A DNA stretch of 64,000 nt from assembly GCA_019057385.1 (NCBI GenBank), contig JAHQJS010000004.1, positions 980,727 through 1,044,726 on the forward strand, written 5' to 3'. The stretch comes from Candidatus Borrarchaeum weybense. Lineage in GTDB: Archaea; Asgardarchaeota; Sifarchaeia; Borrarchaeales; Borrarchaeaceae. Positions within the stretch are counted from its first letter, which is position 1. Each line of letters opens with the position of its first letter. Made by a program: the position numbers and the translations under genes. A model generated the notes under the pieces. That model was not told where the DNA came from. It searched no databases and saw nothing but the letters and a program-made list of their open reading frames with translations. Of this stretch, positions 20,919 to 29,005 are shown piece by piece.

Positions 20919-21335
20919 GTGAATAAACAAACTGATTTACAAAATAATAAGGAACTTTATGGCGTTTTCAATGAATTAAGGAACTATTTAGCCGGTATGG
21001 CTGCTGGTATGACTCGTGATGAAAGTTTAATACAAGAATTGATACCTCTTCTCTTTTGTAAAATTTATACTGAAAAAAATATAGATTTGAAAGATAAGTT
21101 TCGAGCAGAATCAAAAGAATCAGCCGGTGTTATAAAAAGGCGGATTTCAGCAATTTTCAAAATGGTTAAGAAAGAATTTGAGGATATTTTTGAAGAAGAG
21201 GAAAAAATTGATCTAAAGGCGGAATCAGTTAAGTTCATTGTCAGCAAGCTGCAAAATCATGATCTAACGACGGTGGATCAAGATGCAATCGGAAATCTGT
21301 TTGAATCCTTCCTTGGTCGATCGTAGCCAAAGATA
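20919..21335 (+). pseudogene. 5' part of an N6-adenine DNA methyltransferase (HsdM-like N-terminal domain), interrupted by insertion
   Basis: FNELRNYLAG..GMTRDESLIQELIPLLFCKIY...DAIGNLFESFLG aligns with FKDIKNHLYG..GITRDEALIQEIMNLLFCKIY...NAIGDAFEVFIG of 24093..26666; continues at 23694. Confidence 0.85.
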
Positions 21336-21427
21336 CCAATTTGCTCGTAGCTAAAACAACTAATACTGATACTAAAATGTTACTCAAGCAGATTTGATTG
21401 TTTTGTATAATTAGTAGATGGTATCTA
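21331..21427. repeat. Long imperfect inverted repeat at the left junction of the insertion
   Basis: agatacca/tggtatct, tttgct/agtaga (with G-T pairs), aaaacaa/ttgtttt nested arms. Confidence 0.55.
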
Positions 21428-21523
21428 GTGTACAACTGATTTTCTCATTATTTACAAACAACTAAAATCTCAAATAACGTCTATAAACCACGAAAATTTA
21501 CTATCATACTTTTACTGTGGTCT

Positions 21524-21566
21524 CTCTCTAGTAAAATATATTATATTTCATAATTTTTCTAGAGAG
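21524..21566. promoter_or_regulatory. Palindrome flanking the TATA-like promoter of the cas7-like gene (possible operator)
   Basis: ctctctagtaaaat ... atttttctagagag around an AT-rich TATA-like stretch. Confidence 0.45.
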
Positions 21567-21595
21567 CATGTATGTATTCTATCGAGGTTGTAAAC

Positions 21596-22408
21596 ATGAA
21601 ACAAACAAAAAAACAGATCGTGGTTCGTGCCTATACTCCAATAGCTAAACCTCATAATGTGTCTATTCAAAAAAATTCCACTATGCTTCTTCTAGGTGAA
21701 ATTTCTTATGAAAGTGGTTCGAAAGCATTCAATACAAAACTGTATTACATTAAAGGGGTACGCGGAATGTTGAGGCATGCCGCCATGTCTCTTGCTCAAG
21801 ATTGTGGTATAGAAGTCTGCCATTCCAGTGAAAAAACTGAGCTCAAAGATGGGACTCAACTCGTTCCTTCTGGTTTCCATCCTCTTGGCTCATGTGATCC
21901 TCCTTGTATTCTCCGAAGAATCTTTGGCACCTTCCGCGAAGAATCCTCAATCTCCGTCTTAGTTGATCCTATTGCTTCGATAAAGCATAAAGAATACACT
22001 ACTGAGTTACCTGCTCAAAAAGTCCATATCGCCACTGAAAATAGGATAGCCCTTACTTATGATAGAACGGCTATTCAAGATTTTCGTGAAAGCTATTTCA
22101 GCGGGTATTTTAACTTCGTAATCGACATCACAAATTTAACCGATGATGAGATCAAGTTCATCGTGGAATCGTTGCTCTACATCGAAACACTTGGCAGTGG
22201 CAAAAATGCTGGTTATGGATATATCAAGATTCTAGAGGTCGAAATCCAGAATGTACATGTTTTGCGAAACATCACGATGGATAACGGAGTATATAAGATC
22301 ATTGAAGAAATCGAAGTAAAACCGATACTACTTGAAAACATCGAAGAATGGAGAAACGCGTATATGAGAGAAAATCTGATAAAAATTGAACAACAACACT
22401 CCACTTGA
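21596..22408 (+). CDS. Cas7-group RAMP protein (Csm3-like, Zn-binding insert)
   Basis: RAMP hallmarks: first strand ending TP (AYTP), KGVRGMLRH helix, C-H...H...C..C.LRRIFG, C-terminal G-rich loop LGSGKNAGYG; GAGGT RBS before ATG 21596 (alternative start 21572). Confidence 0.85.
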   Translation: MKQTKKQIVVRAYTPIAKPHNVSIQKNSTMLLLGEISYESGSKAFNTKLYYIKGVRGMLRHAAMSLAQDCGIEVCHSSEKTELKDGTQLVPSGFHPLGSCDPPCILRRIFGTFREESSISVLVDPIASIKHKEYTTELPAQKVHIATENRIALTYDRTAIQDFRESYFSGYFNFVIDITNLTDDEIKFIVESLLYIETLGSGKNAGYGYIKILEVEIQNVHVLRNITMDNGVYKIIEEIEVKPILLENIEEWRNAYMRENLIKIEQQHST

Positions 22409-22482
22409 TTAGTTGTGAAAGGGCGTGAGAAATAATGGAGATTTTCTCTTCTAAGACGCTCATCGCCCGCTTTTTCTCAGCT

Positions 22483-22606
22483 AAGACGGAATACTTCTTG
22501 TAATCTGCAAGAAGCACGTTCTTATGTGAGAGACAGTTATTATAGAGGTCCCAAACCTCGGTTGATGGGGAAAGAATGTCCGGCAGAGGGATGAATAAAA
22601 CGATAA
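22483..22606 (+). ncRNA. Structured repeat copy A (candidate guide-RNA scaffold)
   Basis: Homologous to 23573..23694; AAGACGGA-hairpin-CGTTCTT, GAGAC, GAGG-TCCCA-CCTC hairpin, ends GATAA. Confidence 0.65.
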
Positions 22607-22708
22607 CTACTTTACCAAAAGGGTTACAAAAGCCGTTACTTTCCCATGGTCTTATATCTCCCGTTTAAATGACAAAAAATTTAAAACATCCTATAGTGGT
22701 GCTGAAAA

Positions 22709-23512
22709 ATGCCAAAAAGATGGTTTAAATTATCTGGTGTAACTAAAACTCCAGTGATCACGAAAAAAAGACATTTTTTTCATAAATTTGGGGTAATTAC
22801 CATTAATGGTAGTCCTAGAGTGTTCGGTAAACTTACGAAAGGTGAGAGACGCGCTCCTATGACCTTTAGGGCATGGCATGGAACAGTAGAGTTTATTATT
22901 CCTCACTCAAAACTCGAACCAGCGCTCGCTATTGAAAGTATCGGGAGATATACCCATGAAGGGATGGGGCAAATACTGTGGACAAGTGTAAAACAACTCC
23001 CCAAAAGACCTCTCTATACTCCAAAAAAAATTAGGATTCGTAAAATGCTCCCAAAACTTTCAGATACATGGGAAAAACTAATGATCGCCATGTTACTACA
23101 TGATTTCGTGAATACTGAAAAACATTCCAGCAAAATTTACTCTGAGGTTACTATCGTTGATGACGACGTATATAATCTAGCGAAAAATCATCATAATTAC
23201 GAGATGGATGAAAGGGAATTGCCCCTCCTCGCTACCCTCCAACATTATGACCAAGTTTCTTCCTCAATTTCTCGAAAGTTTAGGTGGTCTACCTCCTCAC
23301 GTTATCGTGCAGATATTCAAGAGAAAATAGATTTTGATACACTAAAAAGAGAGATAGAATTGAGAAAACATTCTCTTTATGCTCTTTATAGCTTCATCTA
23401 TAAGTCTCAAGTACTTAATGAGATCAATGAGGCAATAGAATTTGGTTTCTCTTCTTTAAAAAACCATCTTCTTCTGATGGTCAATCTCTTTCTTGATGAC
23501 CTTTATGGATGA
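22709..23512 (+). CDS. Minimal Cas5-like RAMP fused to a circularly permuted (Cas10-type) HD nuclease
   Basis: N-terminal FKLSGVTKTP strand and G-loop IGRYTHEGMGQI; C-terminal LLHDF, HH, YD..SS..R and terminal SLKNH (first HD His motif moved to the end, as in Cas10). Confidence 0.75.
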   Translation: MPKRWFKLSGVTKTPVITKKRHFFHKFGVITINGSPRVFGKLTKGERRAPMTFRAWHGTVEFIIPHSKLEPALAIESIGRYTHEGMGQILWTSVKQLPKRPLYTPKKIRIRKMLPKLSDTWEKLMIAMLLHDFVNTEKHSSKIYSEVTIVDDDVYNLAKNHHNYEMDERELPLLATLQHYDQVSSSISRKFRWSTSSRYRADIQEKIDFDTLKREIELRKHSLYALYSFIYKSQVLNEINEAIEFGFSSLKNHLLLMVNLFLDDLYG

Positions 23513-23572
23513 GTTTTTATGTCACAAGTTATGGTGTTGCAATCCCTCTTTACAGATAAATATACAGGATGC

Positions 23573-23694
23573 AAGACGGACTGTTCATCGCATATCGCGA
23601 TGAACACGTTCTTGTACATGAGACTGAACCCGAGAGGTCCCACGCCTCAGATGACGGGAATGGATGACAGGCCAAAGGACGAGAAAAGTGATAA
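23573..23694 (+). ncRNA. Structured repeat copy B (candidate scaffold ending at the element's right junction)
   Basis: Perfect 10-bp hairpin TGTTCATCGC/GCGATGAACA with compensatory changes relative to copy A; ends GATAA immediately before the resumed MTase codons. Confidence 0.65.
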
Positions 23695-23755
23695 ATACGG
23701 ACACTTTTTCACGCCAAGAAACGTTGTCAGATTCGCTATTACCATTAATGATCCT
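23694..23755 (+). pseudogene. Resumed fragment of the interrupted methyltransferase
   Basis: YGHFFTPRNVVRFAITINDP matches EGQFFTPRNVVRMAVEILDP of the intact paralogue; homology then stops. Confidence 0.8.
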
Positions 23756-24092
23756 AGGAATGGTAATGGCATCCTCCCTATTTTTTTATTTTTTCAATAA
23801 TAGTTTTACATGAACCTCTCTTTTAAAAAAATGCCATTCATCCACATTATCATAGAAACTTCTAGCGAGATTACTAAGACTTGCCCAGAGCATCTATCTA
23901 TAACACACGAAAGATCAAACTTACTATAACAAAATAAACGTCAGAGGGGTTCTGGTAAAATGCTTCATAATTTTGAATAGTTTTGTCGGTTCCCCATACA
24001 ATTTTATAGATGTTGTTTGCAAAAAAGAACATCAAATTAGATTTCCTAGTTTTTTAACTTAAGTCAATGATTGCTCAGGTTGGTTAAGAATT

Positions 24093-26666
24093 ATGCCGAC
24101 ACGAACGAAATCAGTTGAAAAGGTTTCCTTTGCTGAGGAACGCGTCAAAGGACAGATGAGACTTATTGATTTTATTTCTGGAAGTTTAGTTGAAGCCACA
24201 CCTGAAGAGGTAGAGGCTGTTCAGGTCTTTTCTCGCAGATTGGTCGAAGAGTTTGGATATGATAAAAATCAAATCCAAACAAGACCTCAATTTAAAATCC
24301 GGGGCGCACCGTCAGGTAAACCAAAATATCCTGTTGACATAGCCGTCTTTAATGACGAAAAAAAAACCCATGGCAACTTGTTTATGATTGTCGAATGCAA
24401 ACGAAAGACTCGTCGAGATGGAGAAAAGCAACTGAAAATATATTTGGGACTATCAAGTGCTCAGATAGGAGTTTGGTTCAATGGTAGTGAGCACCTCTAC
24501 CTACAGAAGATTCTCGACAAAGAGGGAAATGTAACCTACAATTTAATTCCCACGATTCCCAAAAAAGGACAAAGAATTGAAGATATTGGCAAATACAAGC
24601 GAAAAAACCTGACGAAACCGAGTAATATAATCTCTTTGTTCAAAGATATTAAGAATCACTTATACGGAAACGTCGTAGGAATTACTCGTGATGAAGCTTT
24701 AATACAAGAAATAATGAATCTACTATTCTGCAAAATATACGATGAACTGAATACTGCTCCGGAAGATGATGTTGCTTTCAGAGTAGGAATCAATGAAGAC
24801 TCGAATCAGGTCAAGGAGAGAATCTCTGAGCTATTCAAGTTTGTGAAAATAGCATACGAGGATATCTTCGAAGAGCGAGACGAATTACGTCTTGATCCTG
24901 ACTCACTTTGTTATGTTGTTGGCGAATTGCAACCTTATAGTCTGTCAGAAGTAGATAGTAACGCAATAGGCGATGCGTTCGAGGTATTCATTGGAAAGGC
25001 GCTCAAGGGTGCCGAGGGGCAGTTTTTTACACCTCGAAATGTGGTTCGAATGGCTGTTGAGATACTTGACCCACAACCCTACGAACATATCGTTGATCCT
25101 GCATGCGGTAGCGGAGGTTTCTTAATATTTGCAATGGAACATGTGTGGCAAAAACTTAAGATTGAAGCTAAAAGAAAGAATTGGTCAACCGAAATGCTAC
25201 AGAAAAGAAAGACAGAAATTGCGAGCAAATTTTTTGGTGGAATTGACAAGGACATGTTCCTAGCAAAAGTCACAAAGGCTTACATGGCACTAATAGGTGA
25301 CGGTAGAGGCGGAATATTCTGTGAAAACTCTTTAGAATTCCCAGAAAAATGGCAGGCGACTACCCAACAAAGAATAATGCTTGGTAAATTTGATGTTCTA
25401 TTTACTAATCCTCCCTTCGGATCAAAGATCACTATCAAGAAATCATTGTATTCTCAGTTCGAGTTAAGCTTTAAATGGAATAAAAACAAAAAAACTGGTA
25501 AGTGGAAGAAGGGTAATAAACAGGCAGACAAAAGACCACCGCAAGTTCTGTTTATTGAGCGATGTTTACAATTTCTTGCTCCAAACGGAAGAATGGCAAT
25601 CGTTTTACCTGATGGTTTATTAAGCAATCCCAGCGATGGTTATATTACACAGTATATCAAGGATAATGCTGAGATCATTGGACTCGTCGATTTACCAATG
25701 AGTACTTTCTTACCTAATACACCCACGAAGACACATATTTTGTTCTTAAGAAAGAAAAAACCTGAGGGGAACTATCCAATCTTTATGGCCTACGCGAAAA
25801 CTTGTGGACATGATAAGAGAGGGAAGATCATCTATAAAGTCGGTGAAGCTGGTCAAAATGTTGTTGATGATGACATTTATGAAATATCAAAGCATTTTGC
25901 TCGCAGATATGAAAGAGTTAATAAATATGATAGGAAGGGATTTCTTGTTTATCTTGACGATTTAAAGTCAGGTATACTGTTACCGAAATATTATAATCCA
26001 GAATTGAATGAGAGATTAGAAGCGTATCGACAGACTGGTGAATATGACGTTTATTCTATAGGTGATTTAGTTAAACTGGGAAAGTTGTGGATAAGGAGAG
26101 GCCATGAAGTCGGATCTGTGAATTATGGAACTGGCGATATCCCGTTTATTCGGACTTCGGAAATATCAAATTGGGAACTAACTGCCGATCCTACTCATTG
26201 TTTAGCCGAGGATATATACGAGGAATACAAGGATCGCCAGAAACTAAAAAAAGATGATATCTTAATTATAAATGATGGTACGTACCTAATGGGTCGAACC
26301 GCGATACTTTCTGAAAATGATACAAAAATTGTTGTTCAAAGTCACATCAGAATTCTTACAGTCTTAGACCGAGAATTTATTCACCCTTATCTTTTGTTGT
26401 TCCTCTTAGGATTGAGAATTGTTCAAGAACAGATTGAGTCGAAATCCTTTAGACAAGCTACTATCTCTACTCTAGGAAACAGACTTCTTGAAATCAGAAT
26501 CCCACTACCAAAAGATGAAAAAGTAAGAAAAGAAATTGTTGAGCAAGTTTCTAACATAGTTGAGAAGCGCTCGATGCTAAGACATAAGGCGATGAATATT
26601 GAATTCAATGGAACATCAGAGAGTGTTATGGGTATAAAAAACAAGGCAACCTTGGGAAATCTATAG
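24093..26666 (+). CDS. Fused restriction-modification enzyme: HSDR_N-like PD-(D/E)xK nuclease + N6-adenine MTase + HsdS-like TRD (type IIG-like)
   Basis: VDIAVF..IVECK, GQFFTPR, DPACGSGGF, NPPF, C-terminal TRD (GDIPFIRTSEI, DDILI...G..GR.A, IPLP). Confidence 0.88.
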   Translation: MPTRTKSVEKVSFAEERVKGQMRLIDFISGSLVEATPEEVEAVQVFSRRLVEEFGYDKNQIQTRPQFKIRGAPSGKPKYPVDIAVFNDEKKTHGNLFMIVECKRKTRRDGEKQLKIYLGLSSAQIGVWFNGSEHLYLQKILDKEGNVTYNLIPTIPKKGQRIEDIGKYKRKNLTKPSNIISLFKDIKNHLYGNVVGITRDEALIQEIMNLLFCKIYDELNTAPEDDVAFRVGINEDSNQVKERISELFKFVKIAYEDIFEERDELRLDPDSLCYVVGELQPYSLSEVDSNAIGDAFEVFIGKALKGAEGQFFTPRNVVRMAVEILDPQPYEHIVDPACGSGGFLIFAMEHVWQKLKIEAKRKNWSTEMLQKRKTEIASKFFGGIDKDMFLAKVTKAYMALIGDGRGGIFCENSLEFPEKWQATTQQRIMLGKFDVLFTNPPFGSKITIKKSLYSQFELSFKWNKNKKTGKWKKGNKQADKRPPQVLFIERCLQFLAPNGRMAIVLPDGLLSNPSDGYITQYIKDNAEIIGLVDLPMSTFLPNTPTKTHILFLRKKKPEGNYPIFMAYAKTCGHDKRGKIIYKVGEAGQNVVDDDIYEISKHFARRYERVNKYDRKGFLVYLDDLKSGILLPKYYNPELNERLEAYRQTGEYDVYSIGDLVKLGKLWIRRGHEVGSVNYGTGDIPFIRTSEISNWELTADPTHCLAEDIYEEYKDRQKLKKDDILIINDGTYLMGRTAILSENDTKIVVQSHIRILTVLDREFIHPYLLLFLLGLRIVQEQIESKSFRQATISTLGNRLLEIRIPLPKDEKVRKEIVEQVSNIVEKRSMLRHKAMNIEFNGTSESVMGIKNKATLGNL

Positions 26667-26718
26667 TACCTTAGTTGATTTTTGGTCTCTTATATATCTA
26701 AGAATATAAGTTAAAGGC

Positions 26719-27555
26719 TATAAAATCGATAAGAATGGAGATAAACAACTCGATGATGATCTTTTGCAAATAGGTAAGCGATATCATGATCTACGTCAAA
26801 ATTTTAATGAAAAATATGACCATCTAGGTTTTTTCATTGACGTACAGAATTTAAAAAAAGGAATTCTCATGCCAAAATATTACAACCCAGAAATCAAGAA
26901 TGAATTAAGGAGGCTTAAAGAAACAGGCCATTATGATTTGGTAAGTATTGGAGAGTTGGAGGGACAAAACACACTCCAGATAAGTTGTGGTCACGAGATA
27001 GGTTCTATAAATTATGGCACAGGAGATATTCCTTTCATTCGCACCTCTGAAATAAGTAACTGGGAGATTGCAGCAGATCCGACTCATTGTGTTTCAGAAG
27101 ATATCTATGAGATGTACAGAACAAAGCAGGATCTACAGAAAGACGATATTCTTATTGTAAATGATGGGACCTACTTAGTTGGTCGAACTGCAATTCTATC
27201 AGAATTTGATGTGAAAATTGTTATTCAAAGTCATTTTAGAAAAATTCGTGTTCTTGATTGGAGTGACTTGACGCCGTATCTTTTGCTTTATCTGTTAGGT
27301 TTGAGAATAGTTCAGAATCAAATAGAAGCGAAAACATTTCGCCAGGCTACTATCTCGACTCTTGGAAATAGACTGCGAGAAATCATTCTGCCTATTCCAA
27401 AGAATTCCAAACTTAAAGCAGAAATTTCTGAAAGTGTAGAACTCATCGTTGGGAAACGTGCAAAATTACGGAATCAGGCTATGCACATGCAATTTGATGA
27501 TAAAAAAGAGAATGTGATGGGACTGCAAAATAAAGCAGCCCGTGGTAATATCTAG
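26719..27555 (+). pseudogene. 5'-truncated duplicate of the MTase C-terminus/TRD (or free specificity subunit from TTG 26764)
   Basis: Highly similar to the last ~270 aa of 24093..26666; in-frame homology (YKIDKNGDKQLDDDL vs YKVGEAGQNVVDDDI) extends upstream of the called start to a stop codon. Confidence 0.65.
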
Positions 27556-27626
27556 TGAAGTTCTAAAGGTTCGGTTTCAGATAATTGACAAACTAGTCTC
27601 GGGCTAATAAACACACTCAATAAAAT

Positions 27627-27992
27627 TCACGGAAAGGGTCTGATTTCATAAATTATCTTCCCTGTTTTTAATACATGCCGTAAGAATCTACTAATTGGAA
27701 TATGTTCATTTAGTTCCTCTTCTGTATACGCTAGTATATCACAGTCTACAGCCCTCTCTATAATCTCATAGATCTCTTTCATCCATTCTTTTCCTGATTT
27801 TGTGGGAGGCATAATAACAAAGAGGTCTAAATCACTCCATCTACCGACTTTTCCATGAGCTACAGAGCCAAACAATATTATTCTTATAACTCCCATCTCT
27901 TTAAGTTGTTGTGTAATTTCTTTTAGCCCTTGAAACAACTTCTCTTTTCTTTTTTCCTTTTGTGCGCGAAGTTCTTTCAATGTTAGACTCAT
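27627..27992 (-). CDS. Minimal nucleotidyltransferase (MNT, antitoxin type)
   Basis: ILFGS.A.G....SDLDL, VDCD, G+IIYE. Confidence 0.85.
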   Translation of the reverse strand: MSLTLKELRAQKEKRKEKLFQGLKEITQQLKEMGVIRIILFGSVAHGKVGRWSDLDLFVIMPPTKSGKEWMKEIYEIIERAVDCDILAYTEEELNEHIPISRFLRHVLKTGKIIYEIRPFP

Positions 27993-28165
27993 TGGTATCT
28001 CCAGTCTTTAAACTCGAATAAGTTCTTATAAACCGTATAATTATTCATAGAAATATAATAATCCTCTGAAAGGATAAGAAGTCACTTTTGGCAAATAGTA
28101 ATTATACTTTTGATTTGCACACATTTATCATCATGTGCAAAAATATATTATATTAGATAGAATCC

Positions 28166-28642
28166 TCACACCTCTATTTTGTATATGAATTCACAATAGG
28201 GGTCCCCTGCACACATGGATTTTGGACGTTCAACCGCAGCCTTTGGGTTTATAGTTTTAACAACGATATTTGGAAAGATTAAGTCCCATTCACTGATATC
28301 TTTTGGTTCTGTTTTAAACGGACATTCAGTAATTCTTTGTGTAATGCTTGTCTTAGATCGCTCAAGCCAAGAACTTTCAGCACCAGTGACCTCCCACCAT
28401 ATATCATAAAACTTTTCTATTTTTTCAATATCATTTCCTTCTATTTTAAAGATCTTCATAAGTGACTTTGTCATATTCCTTATTCTATCATCCATTTTAC
28501 TGACCATTTCATAAATTTCGAGTGCTGCAAAGGCTCCGTATTTCTTGCGAATCGCATATAAGAACCCTTTGAGTATAGTTGTCCATGCTCCTAAAACAAA
28601 ATCATATTTAAATTCCAAAGGTATCGCCACTTTCTTAACCAT
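28166..28642 (-). CDS. V4R-like/ATC-hydrolase-like protein
   Basis: ITECPF ... SMCAGDPYCEF motif. Confidence 0.65.
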   Translation of the reverse strand: MVKKVAIPLEFKYDFVLGAWTTILKGFLYAIRKKYGAFAALEIYEMVSKMDDRIRNMTKSLMKIFKIEGNDIEKIEKFYDIWWEVTGAESSWLERSKTSITQRITECPFKTEPKDISEWDLIFPNIVVKTINPKAAVERPKSMCAGDPYCEFIYKIEV

Positions 28643-29005
28643 AGTCTCCTCCTCTCCAGTCTTTCGGCGTTATTTAAGGTTCTAGAAACTCTACATGAAT
28701 TACTAGGGTACATTTATTATTCGCTATTCTCGTTTCTATACTATTCTCACTTTTATACTTATATTCGCTATTCTCAGCTTTAAAACTAGTTTGAAATGCA
28801 AATGTGTTGGTAATAGCAACTAGAGAGCTGGAAACAAATAATTCGCTCAAAGTTGCTTCAAATCACAAAAATCATCTAAAAAATACAAGAAAAACCCGAG
28901 CGATACAAAAAATGATTTCAGTTGATATGCGAACAATAAATATATCTTCAAGTTAAATAAAAAAAAAGAAACTGAAAGTTGAGATCCTGCGGTTGGCAGC
29001 GTGTT

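Larger units (their letters stand above)
21336..23693 (+). mobile_element. Transposase-less insertion carrying an array-less RAMP (Cas7 + Cas5-HD) module and two structured ncRNA copies
   Basis: Splits a methyltransferase gene between FLG and GHFFTPRNVV; GATA at both junctions (21332-21335, 23690-23693); left-end inverted repeat; junction uncertain by ~15 nt. Confidence 0.72.

Noticed and set aside
23573-23694. Group I intron (IStron) or HDV-like ribozyme identity for the structured repeat
   Set aside because: GAGAC and TCCCACG resemble parts of those cores, but P7 or P1/P1.1/P2 pairings cannot be formed in both copies.
23519-23800. 93-aa ORF as a real gene
   Set aside because: It is a chimera of RNA copy B and the resumed MTase fragment; copy A does not preserve the frame.
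21336-24090. CRISPR array near the cas7-like gene
   Set aside because: No 25-45-bp repeats with regular spacers are visible here or elsewhere in the window.
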